DNA of 64,000 nt, taken from the human T2T-CHM13v2.0 reference genome, Homo sapiens. Numbering within the stretch: the stretch's first letter is position 1; every line of letters starts with the position of its first letter. The stretch lies in NCBI RefSeq assembly GCF_009914755.1, contig NC_060936.1. One strand, 5' to 3'. The position numbers were made by a program, and so were the translations under genes. This document shows positions 45,280 through 64,000 of the stretch, in pieces. The notes beneath the pieces are model-generated. The model had not been told where the DNA came from, ran no database searches, and saw only the letters and a program-made list of their open reading frames with translations.

Positions 45280-46170
45280 TGAATAAGTTTCCCATTACTG
45301 TTGTAACAAATTACCACAAATTTAGTAGCTTGCATAAGATAAATTTATTATCTTACAGTTTTGGAAGTCAGAAATCTAAAATTGGTTGATAAGGCTGTGT
45401 TCCTTTAAAACATTTTAGTGGAAAATCCAGTTTATTTTCTTTTCCATCATTTAGGGATGACCTGTATTGCTTGGCTTATAGTGGTCTCTTCCTTGTATCA
45501 CTCCAACCTCGGCTTACATCATGAAATCTCCTTTTTCTGTCTCTTCCCCTCTTTCCTCCCTCTTTTTTTTTTTTTTTTATTATACTTTAAGTGTTATGGT
45601 ACATGTGCACAATGTGCAGGTTAGTTACATATGCATGCATGTGCCATGCTGGTGTGCTGCACCCATTAACTCATCATTTAGCATTAGGTATATCTCCTAA
45701 TGCTATCCCTCCCCCTTCCCCCCACCCCACAACAGTCCCCAGAGTGTGATGTTCCCCTTCCTGTGTCCATGTGTTCTCATTGTTCAGTTCCCATCTATGA
45801 GTGAGAACATGCGGTGTTTGGTTTTTGGTCCTTGCAATAGTTTACTGAGAATGATGATTTCCAATTTCATCCATGTCCCTACAAAGGACATGAACTCATC
45901 ATTTTTTATGGCTGCATAGTATTCCATGGTGTATATGTGCCACATTTTCTTAATCCAGTCTATCATTGTTGGACATTTGGGTTGGTTTACTCCCACTTTT
46001 AAGGATCATTGTTAATATATTGAGCCTAGCCATACAATCCAAAATAGTCTCCTTATTTGAGAATTGTTAACTTAGTGTCTCGAGACATTTTGCCATGTAA
46101 GAACAAATATTTACAGACTTCTGAGATTAAGACATGAATATCTTATAGTGGCCATATCCAGCTTACCAAA
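45280..46170 (-). mobile_element. MLT1D/E-like LTR hosting L1 #4
   Basis: tgtaacaaattaccacaaatttagtagct...cacttttaagga...tttgccatgtaa...cttacca. Confidence 0.8.
45567..45985 (-). mobile_element. 5'-truncated L1PA3-like element (#4)
   Basis: L1 3'UTR; TSD tttcctccctctttt (45552-45566) / tttactcccactttt (45986-46000) followed by aa. Confidence 0.92.
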
Positions 46171-46381
46171 TATTTATTCCTCATTCATTGATAGATCCAT
46201 TAAACTGCAAATGATCAAAAATATAGAACAACTAAATAACACAACCAACTAGTAAAATCTACTGGATATTTATAAAACACTGTATACAACAACAACAGAA
46301 TACACATTCCTTATAAGCTCACATAGAACATTTAACAAAATTGCCAGTATCCTGTTTTATAAAAAAATTTAATATATTCCT

Positions 46382-49929
<3,548 letters not shown>

Positions 49930-51889
49930 AGAATGAGAACACATGGACACAGTAAGAGGAACATCACACAGCGGGGACTGTTGTGGGGTGGGGGGAGTGG
50001 GGAGGGATAGCATTAGGAGATATACCTAATGCTAAATGACGAGTTAATGGGTGCAGCACACCAACATGGCACATGTATACATATGTAACTAACCTGTACA
50101 TTGTGCACATGTACCATAAAGCTTAAAGTATAATAATAATAATAAATTTAATATATTCCTAAGAATTGAAATCATATGAATCATGTATTTTCACCAATAA
50201 AAATAGAATCAATCTATAAAATCGGTAACAGACCGATAATACCAAAGACCTGAAAATTAAACATCACATTTGAAAACAATCTGTAAGTTAAAAAGGAAAT
50301 ATCACAGAAAATTAAAATATATATTTAGCTGAGTTAAATACAAATTAAAAATATCTGCCAATTGTAGCTAAAGCAGTGCTTTGAGAAAAAATGATAGAGA
50401 TAGATGCTTTTATTGAAAAATAAAATGTACTCAAATTAATGATCTAATTTCTCAATATAACAAACCACTAAAGGAGAAGCAAACTAAACCCAGAATGAGG
50501 AGAAGTAAAAGGAAAAAAGAATAGTAACTATTAGAACAGAACTCAATAAAATTGAAAACAGAAAAATAACAAAGTTAATTAAACAAAAAGAGTCTCTTTG
50601 AAAAGACCAATAAAATCAATAAAAGACCAACAAAATCAAAGCTTTAGAAAATGGAAGGATAAAAAAGAAAAAAGACCAAATCACCATTATCCAAAATGAA
50701 AGAATGGTAGCTTATAGCACCCACAGTCATTTAAAAGACACGAGGAACCCTAATGCACATATTTTCAGCATTTAGATAAAATAAAGCAATTATTTGTAGA
50801 CCACAAACTACCAAACATTAATAATAAGTAGATAATACAAATAGTTTCATAGCAATTAATGGAATTAAATTTCCAGTAAAACTCTTCTAAAAACAATCCT
50901 CTGTCCCAGATGATTTAACTGTTAAACTATCCAAAATATTTAAAAATAAATAATACCAATTCTGTATGATCATTTCCAGAAAATAGAAGATAAGGAAATA
51001 CTTCTAGACTGTTTTATAGGGCCAACATTATACACATTCTAAAATATATAAACACAATTAAAAACATAAAAAACTTCACACAAATCTTTTGTAAGCACAA
51101 GGATACTCAAATATTAGCAATTCACTATTATATATAGTGTTTTATATAATATGTATATATGTGTGCATATATATAAATATATATTTTATATATGTGTGTG
51201 TGTGTATATATATATAGAGAGAGAGAGAGAGAAAAATTATACACTACATCCAAGAGATTTTATTACATGAATGCCAGGTGGTTAAATATTAAAAAATCAG
51301 CTAATATATCATATTGACAAGCCAAAGATAAAACACCACATGATCCCATCAATTGAAACAAAAATGTATTTGGCAAAATTCAACATCCAGTCATAACAAA
51401 AACTACAAGCAAACTAAAAATTTAAGATGATCAAAATTATCTACAATAAATCTATGGTAGTTTTCATACTTAGTGGTAAAACACTGCTTTTCTCTTATAC
51501 TAGGGAACAAAGCAAGGACACTGGCCCACAATTTTCATTCAAAAAAAGTGTGGGTGTCTCAGCTAGTACATTAAAGCAAGAAAATTATACAAAGGACATA
51601 GATTGCAAAGGAAAAATAAAAATTTCTGTTTGCAAGTGGCATTAGAATCTGTGTAGAAAATCAGAAGGAATCTACAAGAAACTCCCTAAATCTAATAAAT
51701 GAGTGAAGCTAATGTGTGAGATATAGATCCTTACACAAAAAAAATCATATTTATACATGCTAGCAATTAACATTGGAAACTAAAATTAAACATAGAATGT
51801 AATTTAAAATTTCCCAAGGTGAAAAGAAATAAAAAGAAAAAAAATTTGTAAAATTGAATACCAGGGTGTCATAAACATCAAATTTTACA

Positions 51890-53290
51890 TACATCAATAG
51901 GACATTAAACATATATTAGAGCAACTTTAAAAAGCAAATTTAAATTTTTATATGAAATTATTTCTGGAAATAAAACCCATTGAAAAATATTTTATCACAA
52001 AGGTAAATCTAGGCCCAGATAGCTTTAGCCAGTAACTCTTCCAAATATATACAGAAGATATAACACCAGTTTTTTACAAACTCTTCCAGAAAATAGAAAA
52101 AGAGGAAACACTTATGAGGCTATTAGCCCATGGTAAATTTGATTTCAAAACCTGAAAAGAATATTCTAAAAAGGAAAAAAAAAACAGATAATTCTTTCAA
52201 AAAGGTAGATGAAAATACTCAAGAAATATTAGCAAATGAGTATCCTTCAAATATAAAAAAAAAAAATCATGAATAAGTGGGCTTTACTCCAGATAGGCAA
52301 GAATAGATTAGCATTAGAAAATCAATGCAATTTACATATAAATAATATAAAGAAAAAATATGATTATTTGATCAATGCTGATAAGTATTTCAAAAAACGC
52401 AATGGTAAATCATTAAAAAATTATAAGAAAACTCAAAATAAAAGGGAACTTATTTTGCAGATAAAGAACATGTGCAAAAAAACACTACAACAATTATAAT
52501 ACTAATTGGGAAGACATTGACAACTTTACCCTTGAATCAGGAATAAGAGAAAAATATCTGCTATCACAATTTCTATTCAACATTGTAGTAGAGGTTCTAG
52601 CTAGTTCAACAAACAAGCAAAATAAGTAAGGTATAAGTTTTATAAGAAAAGAAATAAAACTAATAATTCAGAGATAACTATGATTTTAGAAAATGCAAAA
52701 GTATATATAGACAAACTGTCAGAATTAATTAATATGTGATTTAAACAATCTGCGTTCATGTTCAATATAAGAAAGTTAATTTTATTGCTATCTGGCAACA
52801 AAAACACTCATAAAAGCAAATTGTAAAATTATTTTATTTAAACTAAGTTTAAAAGAAACAAATATTACAAATCTAATGAAATATATATTAAGGCCTCTAC
52901 AAAGAAAACTACAAAACATTTTGGAATGTAAGCAGGATTTCTAATTTCTAAATAAATGGAGAGATATACAATGATTATTAACCAATGACTTAAAATTGAA
53001 ATAAAAATCATTTCTCCCCAAAATGATCTCTAGGCTCAAAGCAATTTCACATAAAATCATTAAAGTTGGGTTTCTGACTAGTTTTTATTAAAACTCACTT
53101 GGAAACTCACAAATAACAAGGAACATTTTGATGGAAAAGAAGAAAGTTACTGGATTTATGCTACTAGTTATCAAAGAACCTGATATAATATTAATTCATA
53201 CATTTTGCTATTGTCATTATGACATTTAAACTGATCAATAAAACAAAATGAAGAATGTGGAAACAGTACAACACATATAAATTCAGCACC
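51890..53290 (+). mobile_element. Second ancient L1M ORF2 fragment
   Basis: aggcccagatagcttta...aaactcttccagaaaatagaaaaagaggaaacact...ttctattcaacattgta. Confidence 0.7.
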
Positions 53291-53524
53291 AGAGCAGGCC
53301 CACTTTTCAAAAGATTTAGGTATTGAATAACCTAAAGTCTTAGAGGATAAGAGGCATACTGCTGTTTTTTATAAATGAACAAGTCCCAAGAACAAGAAAA
53401 GAAGAATAGAACTAAACTGAAAACACCCATTTTTTTTAAAACTTTATGCATAAATTATTCTACTGCCAAGAGATGTCTTGAGAAAACTGTCAGAGGAGAA
53501 TAACATCACCAATATTATTTAATA

Positions 53525-55630
<2,106 letters not shown>

Positions 55631-57249
55631 TAATGTAAAATACATTTTTAAAAAAGGAAGATAAAAGAGAAGTCCAGAGTGAGGATCACATTATTCTTTG
55701 TTTATAAGAAAAAATTAGCATAAATCAGAAAATGTTTATTGTTAAATTCAATGAAAGCAAGATTTTTTATGCATCTTAGTAATAAATATGCATCATATGT
55801 ATAATGATCAGAGAAAATAATAAAAAAATTGTTCTTGATGTGACATTGTTTTTAAATCTTATTTATGCAAAAATATTTAAAGATTACATTTTCTTATTCT
55901 CATATTAACACCTAGCACATTAACACCTTGGCACAAATCAGATATTTGGTAAAGAAAATGAGTAGTAAATGGATTTGAGTGAATGAATATTAAAAAGGTT
56001 TATTACAAAGACATGGACGTTTCTTAGACTCTCATTTCAAGTTGCTCTATACATTCTACATATTTATCTTTTAAGAGTAGTTGTTTTACACTTCTCATAT
56101 CACCCCAAAAAGCAATTACAAAATTTGTGGAAATAAGTTCATATTTGCAGGACTTCCTTAGCAATCCCTCATCAAGTATTAAAAAATTTAAAAACTAGTG
56201 AGTAGTGTATGCAAGTGATATTCAATTACATTAAAGAATAATCATCTAGGTCCCATTTAAACTAATTTGAAAGTGGCAGAAGAGGTAAGAAGACACAAGG
56301 TAAGTTGAAGGGAGAAAAAAATGTAGAAATGCAAAAGCAAAAACAGAATCATTTCAAACCACGTTTATCTTTAAGTCTTTGTTTTACTTAAAAATTTGAA
56401 TTTTAGATATATTTTTCTAATTAGGCAGATTGGAAATTATAGTAGTTGTGAGTTTCTGCATAACTGAATTTCATTTTATTTAGAAAATTATAATTAATGA
56501 CAAGTTTAATTGGATCTCACATCCAATTTTTTCCACTCGTAATATATTTCACTAACAATTATAGCATTCAATCTCAACAGAGTTACCAGGACCTTTCTGT
56601 AACTTTTGTTGTTTTGTACTTAGCTACTTTTCCTGGTTCATTCAAAGCAATTTTAAAGTGGTTTTTATGTGAGATACACTAGGTTATTTTCAGGGACACA
56701 AAACAAATGTTTTTGTTACCTGAAAAATAATAAATGATTTTATGGAGGAAACAGAAGCAAAATTACTAAATATTCAAACATTCACACTCTTTTTTGAACA
56801 CTTATTTGTATTAACGTTCTCATGGAAATAAAACATTTATAAATAAATTAACATTATTTCAATTATTACAACATGTACTAATTAATTGATATATATTTCC
56901 CATTCTAAAGCATGAGTTGCACAAAGCAAAGATCATATTTTATTATTCTTATGCCCTGTGCATAGCAGAATATGGTTCATAAAAATGTTCAGAAAGCGCT
57001 TACTGTATCTACTGGCAAATGGCTACGCTATTAATGGCATTAACACATAGAGAAGAAAGTATAAAGGATGAAAGGAAGCAATATGATGATCTGTTTAACT
57101 TTTGATATTTTTATTTAAAATTTGATTTTTGTTTAATATAAATAGCATTAAAGGAAGAGAAATACAAATAAAGGTTAGTGAGGTTGAAAATAAATAATTG
57201 AAAAAATAGAAAACATTATATGATATGAGTCAATATGGAACTTTATTTC

Positions 57250-60200
57250 TTTGTTATTTTTAATTTTTGTGGGTACATAGTAGGTGTGTATATTTACAGA
57301 GTACATGAGCTACTTGGAAATAGTCTGGCAATGTATAGCAATCACATCATGGAAGATGGGATATCTATTCTCTCAAGAATTTATCCTATCTATGAGTTAC
57401 AAATAATCCAATTGTACTATGTCTGTTATTTTTAAATCTATAGTTAATTATTATTGACTATAGTCATTCTGTTGTGCTAGGCCTTATTCATTTCCCACAA
57501 CAATCCACTACCCTTCCCAGCCTCTGATAGACTTCATTCTACTCCATCTACAGAAGTTCAGTTATTTTGATTTTTAGATCCCACCATAAGCTAGAACATG
57601 TAATGTCTGTGACTGGCTTATTTCACTTCACATAATGACCTCCAGTTCCATCCATATTAATGCAAATAACTGAATCTTATTTTTTAATGGTTGAATAGTA
57701 CTCCATCGTGTACATGTATATTTTCTTTATCCACTAATCTGCTGATGGACACTTAGGTTGCTTCCAAATGGAAGTGCAGATAGCTCTTGGATATGTTGAT
57801 TTCCTTACTTTTCAGCATATACTCGGCAGTGGGATTTCTGGATCATATTTTTACTCTATTTTTACTTTTCTGAGGAATCTCTAAACTGTTCTTCATAGTG
57901 GTTGCACTAATTTACATTCCTACCAACACTGTACGAAGGTTCCCTTTTTACCACATTTTTGCCAGCTTTTCTCATTGCCTGTCTTTTGGATGTCAGCCAT
58001 TTTAACTGGAGTGAGATGATATCACATTGTATTTTTGATTTGCATTTCTCTGATGATCATTGATGATGAGCACCTTTACGTATGTCTGTTTGCTTTTTGT
58101 ATGTCTTCTTTAGAGAAATGTCTACTCAAATATTTTTCTCATTTAACAAATCAGATTATTAGATTTTTCTCTATAGAGTTGCTTAAGCTCCCTATATGTT
58201 CTGGTTATTAAGCCATTGTCAGATGGGTAGTTTGCAAATATTTTTTTCTATTCTGTGGCTTTTCTCTTCACTTTGTTAATTGTTTCCCTCACTGTGCTTT
58301 TTAAGTTGATGTGATCCCATTTGTCCATTTGTGCTTTGGTTGCCTGTGCTTGTGGAGTATTACTCAAGAAATTTTACGTTGTTACAATGTCCATACTATG
58401 CAAAACAATCTACAGATTTTATGCAATTGCTATCAAAACACCAATGACTTTCTTCACTGAAACAGAAAAAAAGATTCTAAAATTTATATGGTACCACAAA
58501 AGATTCATAACAGCCAATGTTGTCTTAAGTCAAAAGATAAAACTAGAGGAATCACATTACCTGACTTCAATTGTATGACAGAGCTACAGTAACCAAAACA
58601 ATGTGGTACTGGCGTAAAAACAGACACATTGACCAATGGAACATAATTAAGAGTCCAGAAACCTATCCACACACCTACAGTAAACTCATTTCTGACAAAG
58701 ATGCCAAGAACATACATACATACTTAAGAAATCTTTGTCCAAACCAAGGTCTTGGAGAATTTACCGTCCTTTTCTTACCCATCCTTTTTCTGTAATAGTT
58801 TCATATTTTGAGGTCTTAGATTTAATTCTTTAATTCACTTTGATTTTTTTTATATGGCAAGAGACAGGGATCTAACTTCATTTGTCTGCATATGAATATC
58901 CAGTTTTCCCAGCACCATTTATTGAAGAGACTGTCCTTTGCCCAGTGTATGTTCTTGGCATCTTTGTCAGCAATGAGTTTACTGTAGGTGTGTGGATATG
59001 TTTCTGCGTTCTTAATTACGTTCCACTGGTCAACGTGTCTGTTTTTATGCCAGTACCATATTGTTTTGGTTACCGTAGCTCTGTCATACAATTTGAAGTC
59101 AGGTAATGTGATTCCTCTAGTTTTATCTTTTGACTTAAGACAACATTGGCTATTATGAATCTTTTGTGGTACCAAAAATTTTAGAATTTTTTTTTTTCTA
59201 TTTCAGTGAAGAAAGTCATTGGTGTTTTGATAGCGATTGCATAAAATCTGTAGATTGTTTTGCATAGTATGGACATTGTAACAATATTGATTTTTACAAT
59301 CTATTAACATGGAATATTTTTCTATTATTTGATGTCCTTTTCCATTTCTTTCAACAATATATTATAGTTTTCATTATAGAGATCTTCTATTTTGTTGGTT
59401 AATTCCCATGTATTTAATTTTATGTGTGGCTATTATAAATGGGATTCCTTTTTAAATTTCTTTTTCATATTTCTCACTGTTGACATACAGAAATGCTACT
59501 GATTTTTGTATACTGATTTTGTATCCTGCAACTTGACTAAATTGGTTTATCAGTTCTGATACATTTCTTGTGGAGTTTTTAGGTTTTTCCAAATATAAGA
59601 TCACATCAACTTACAACAAGGATAATTTGACTTCTTCCTTTCCAATTTGGATGCCCTTTATATCCTTCTCTTGTCTGATTCCTCTAGCTAGGACTGCCAG
59701 TAGTATTTTGAATAACGGTGATAAAAATTGGCCTCCTTGTCATGTTCCACATGTTAAAGGGAAGGTTTTAGTTTTTCCCCATTCAGTATGATACTAGCTG
59801 TGGGTCTGTCATATATGACTTTTATTAGGTTGAAGTATATCCCTTCTGTACCTAGATTTTAAGGGTTTTCATCATGAAGGGATATTAAATTTTTATTAAA
59901 TGCTTTTTCAGCATCAATTGAAATTATCATATAGTTTTTATTCTTTATTCTGTTGATATGATGTATCACACTGATTAATTTGCATATGTCGAATCACTCT
60001 TGCATTCCAGGGATAATTCCCACTTGGTCATGATGAATGACCTCTCTAATGCATTGTTGAATTTGATTTGCTAGTAGTGTGTTGATGATTTTTGCATCTA
60101 TGTTCATCAGGGATTTTGGCCTACGGTTTTCTGTTTTGATGTGTCTTTGTCTGGTTTTGGCAACAGTATAATACTGGCTTTGTAGAATAAGTTTGGAAGT

Positions 60201-60295
60201 ATCCCTTCTTCTATTCTTGGGGATACTTTGAGTTACTTTGAGTAGTATTGTTGTTAGTTCTTCTTTAAATGTTTTGTAGAATTCAATAGTAAAGT
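57250..60295 (-). mobile_element. L1MA1-3-like element, 3'UTR and ORF2
   Basis: tttttgtgggtacatagtaggtg 3' end; ORF2 remnants 58822-59175 and 59994-60308. Confidence 0.85.
58379..59284. repeat. ~340-bp inverted repeat (58379-58716 vs 58946-59284)
   Basis: Manual reverse-complement alignment, about 19 differences. Confidence 0.92.
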
Positions 60296-60436
60296 TGTAT
60301 CTGTCCATTCTCTCACTGCTATAAAGACATTCCTGAGACTGAGTAATTTATAAAGAAAAGAGGTTTAATTTACTCACCGTTCCACAGGCTGTACAGGAAG
60401 CATGGCTGGTGAGGCTTCAGGAAACTTACAATCATG
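60296..60436 (-). mobile_element. Truncated THE1D/MSTA LTR
   Basis: tgtatctgtccattctctcactgctataaagacattcctgagactg...gaaacttacaatcatg, then an abrupt end. Confidence 0.85.
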
Positions 60437-61421
60437 TTTGACAATGCCAAGTCTCAGTGTCTCCACTAAGGTCCTTAATGAAGTAGTTGGCTATTAGTGC
60501 TGGTTATTCATGGTTTAAGGTCTCTTCCATTAGCAGGTGATGAATCCTGCAAGGGGACTGGGTTATCCCTTTAATGCAGTGGGTTCCCTTCTGGCCCAGG
60601 GTTTGTCTAGAAATGTCTGGGAGCTAGGGCCTGGAAAAGAGGCCTCACAACTCTAACTGGTGCCCTATTTTGCTGTGGCTGAGCTGTTATCCAAGATGCA
60701 CAACAAAGTCCTCCCCACTCTTCCATCTCCTCTCCTCAAGTGTAAACAAGGGGTCTTTTTTTGAACCCTGAGGTTTGCAGCCTGGGTTAAGGGGAGGGGT
60801 GATGCCAGCATTCCCTTAGCCACCCCAATTGGTGTCTTAGTAGGTCATGTGCCCTCACCACCTCAGTCTACTATCTCTGGGCTTAGTTCAGCCCTAGGAT
60901 TCACCTAGGTGTTTCAGTTTTTGTGGCCTAGACTGTCCTTCAAGTTTATTTAGAGCCCCATAGCCCTTTAGGTCATTGTGATGAGCAGGAACTCAAGTTC
61001 CAGCTGCTGGGATTGGTGATTCCCCTCTGGCTAGGACTGGTTTAAATGTGCCTTGCATGGGTAGACATCGCTGAGTTTTGTCTGGTTTTGCTTTCTGCCA
61101 TAACAAGGGCAGCACTGAGTTCAATGCCTTACAATTGCTCGTTCTCCTTCTCCCCATGGCCCAGAAACACTATGCACCATGCTCCCACTGCCAAGAGATG
61201 GTGGAGGGATGTCTTCCACAATTCAAGACTATTTTTCCCACCTCTTTAGTGCCCCTTTCAGCAATATGAAGTTAAAGCCAGATATGGTTAGTGCTCACCT
61301 GCTTTTTGGTTCTTATGAATGTGCTTTTTGTGTGTGTGTGTAGATAATTGTTAAATTGGTGTCCTTGAAGAGGCGACAATCAGTGAAGCCTTCTATTCAA
61401 CCATCTTGTTCCAATCCCCCC
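60437..61421 (-). mobile_element. L1M1/L1MA-type 5'UTR
   Basis: GC-richer segment ending ttctattcaaccatcttgttcc (reverse complement caagatgg, the L1 5' YY1 motif). Confidence 0.7.
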
Positions 61422-61794
61422 AACTTTCTAGAATTTTAGTTGATTCAAAATGAACATTGTATGAGTTAAGTCAAAAGGATATAATTCCAATAACCTTTCA
61501 TATTTAAATGAGCAAGGAGTCATCATTACCTGTTTTAATCTAAATATCTTGCTGTGTTGTTATGAATAGTAATCATTCACAGTTCAAAACTGTAAATAGC
61601 TACTTAGGTAAATTGATAAATCCTTATTAAAGAGCTAGGTTTTATTTAAAATGAGTACAGTAAAATCGACTGGATTAAAATTATTTGCAAAGTTCCAGAA
61701 AAATTTTGGAAAACCCTCATCTTGTTGATAAAAAAATTTCCTTTATAAATATATAAAGGAAATAAACCTGAAAAAAGAAACCCTGACACGATAA

Positions 61795-61878
61795 ATTTAT
61801 ATATATATCTACATATATGCCTCCTATTTTTTCTTTCCTCATTTATATATACACACACACACATATATACACTTCATT

Positions 61879-61919
<41 letters not shown>

Positions 61920-62065
61920 TCCTTTATCATGGTAAATTTATCTCATATATACATATATATACAAGCATATATACACAAATACATGTATACACACATATAT
62001 ACATATATAAATACATATATATATATGTATATATATATGCCTTCCATTTTTCTTTCCTCATTTTA
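61795..62065. repeat. Compound (TA)n/(CA)n microsatellite
   Basis: Directly visible. Confidence 0.9.
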
Positions 62066-63129
62066 AACTGCAGTTGTTCCTATTACAAAGTTTACTTTGG
62101 TCTGAGTATTTGGCTAGTTAAAAAACAAACAAAAAAAAAACTGTAGTATTAATAATGTGGCTCTGCATTCCCTAGGTTTTCTTCTGAGAGAGTTCTTGAG
62201 GAAATTTCTGAACCTATTTTAAATTATGTTTCCAGAATCTAACAAGTTCAAATTTACGTATAATTAATGTGCTGTGTATATATAGTTTAACAGCCATAAG
62301 CCAAAGAAGTTAATACTTGGTTTGCTTGAGTTTCACACAGTGAAATATAAATAGATTTAATTTAATTTTAAATCTACATAGCTATTTATTAAAAGATTTA
62401 ATTGCTACAAGGTAGCAAAATTCTTTTAAATATAATAAAAGGAATATAAAATATTACACGAACCAAATACATTAAGTGAAATAAATGGCAGTTATTAAAT
62501 ATATCTCAGGTAAAAATAAAGCTAAGGCATATATGATGCAGATGTTTATATAAGAAATTCTCACTGTAGAGATCATTCAGCTAGTGAACCAGCTAATTGA
62601 TGTAGACATCCTATCATAAGGCTCCAATAAGATATTCTAGCCACATTAGATTTTTACAAATGACCATCCTTTTCTAATCATATATAAGCCGTATAATTAT
62701 TCAATTATAACAGATGAGAGAACTGAGGTTTAAATTTAAATTTTTTTCTTAAGTTCTCCTAGCTAGTTTTGAACCCAGAAAACCCATTTTGTAACTTCTT
62801 CATGAAATTATATTATAATGGAATATTATGTTGAAATTTGAATCAACATTATAAAGTGTACTTAATAATTTAGATTTTCACATTGTGATCTCTTTCTTTT
62901 CTCACTTAATCTCTCTTATCTAGAGATTCATTTCTATGTGTATTTTTTCATAAATGTCCATTTTTTTCAGAGAGATGAGAATAGAGAGTAATATGAGACA
63001 GTAATGTTCCCAGAACCCAATCCATCAAATCTGAAGAACATCTATATACGTTTACAAACTATTTTTCTTGTTGAAAAGTAAAGCAACATCTACATAGTTG
63101 AGACAACTATCTGCCCTATTTTCTTTTCT

Positions 63130-63950
63130 ATTCTTTCTCCCTGAAGATAACTGGCTTAAGATGCCTGTGTTTAGCATTTCATATACGGATATCATTTCCT
63201 ATGAAATATATATTCATGTATTTATTAAATTTTCATGAACCTAAAAGTGTATTATTGTGCAGCATTTCCAATTTATTTAAATACTCCCATAATGTTCATT
63301 CCATCCTGTGCTTACTTTTTTTAAAATTCAGCATTCTGTTTTTGAAAGTTATTCTTTTTTATATATGTAGCTTTCACTTGTTCATCTGTGGCAATACCTT
63401 GATTTATGTATTCTACTGTTGAAGACCATTTGGTTCCCTTCTAATTCTTTACTTTTACAAGCAGCATTGCAATGAATTTCCTTATATATGCTCTCAGGTG
63501 TACATGAGAAAAGTTTCTTCTACATCATCAGTCTTAGTACTGTACATTTAGAGGCGCATGAACTTTTCCCAAGATAGTTTTAAGGGAAGTAGTTTCCAGA
63601 TAACCAATATCTGTGTTTACTCTTTCCTGAAACTGATCTACCTGAACAAACAGTGGTAAATTTATCATGCCAGAATTTTTTTTTCAATTCTTTCTTTAAA
63701 CTCATCTTTCTCCATTTTATAGAATGACAAATTTGTACTGCTAACTTGCCAAGGATTTTTAGATTGGATGGAGATTATCCAATCTTGACTGAGTTTTGAA
63801 AACATATTGTCTAACATGCTTACTTAATTTTTCATATTTTATTCAATTATTATGTTATTGGATCTTTCTATAGTTTATATTCTTTTATTTCTCTAATGTT
63901 TAATTTTGCCTTATATTTTTTGAAAAATTATCTGACTTGAATATATATAT
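63130..63950 (-). mobile_element. Ancient L1ME-like 3' region
   Basis: tactgttgaagaccatttggtt...cagcattgcaatgaa...tacatgagaaaagtttc. Confidence 0.55.
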
Positions 63951-64000
63951 ATGATATTAATGTTTTTTCACTTACTAGATTTCATGTCTCTATAGATCTT

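Noticed and set aside
61817-62146. 109-aa Y/I/H/T-rich ORF
   Set aside because: Translation of a TA/CA microsatellite.

Overview
Eukaryotic, AT-rich and repeat-dense DNA from a hominoid primate (human or ape). The species call rests on L1PA3/L1PA4 LINEs, AluJ/AluS, MaLR LTRs and Tigger1. I find no cellular protein-coding gene, RNA gene or CRISPR array: the long ORFs are L1 ORF1/ORF2 or Tigger1 transposase remnants, and the rest appear to be chance ORFs. I cannot support a new biological system here. Four structural themes stand out. (1) Five hominoid-era L1 insertions lie within about 38 kb, all with recognisable target-site duplications (TSDs). (2) Three clear and one possible 5'-inverted (twin-primed) L1s are present, one of which splits exactly between ORF1 and ORF2. 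(3) A TSD-bounded L1PA4 has lost about 2.4 kb internally, so its promoter now sits in front of an open frame covering the whole RT domain. (4) There are repeated local templated-insertion or fold-back scars, including a ~340-bp inverted duplication. Subfamily names come from my recall of consensus sequences and need RepeatMasker/Dfam confirmation.
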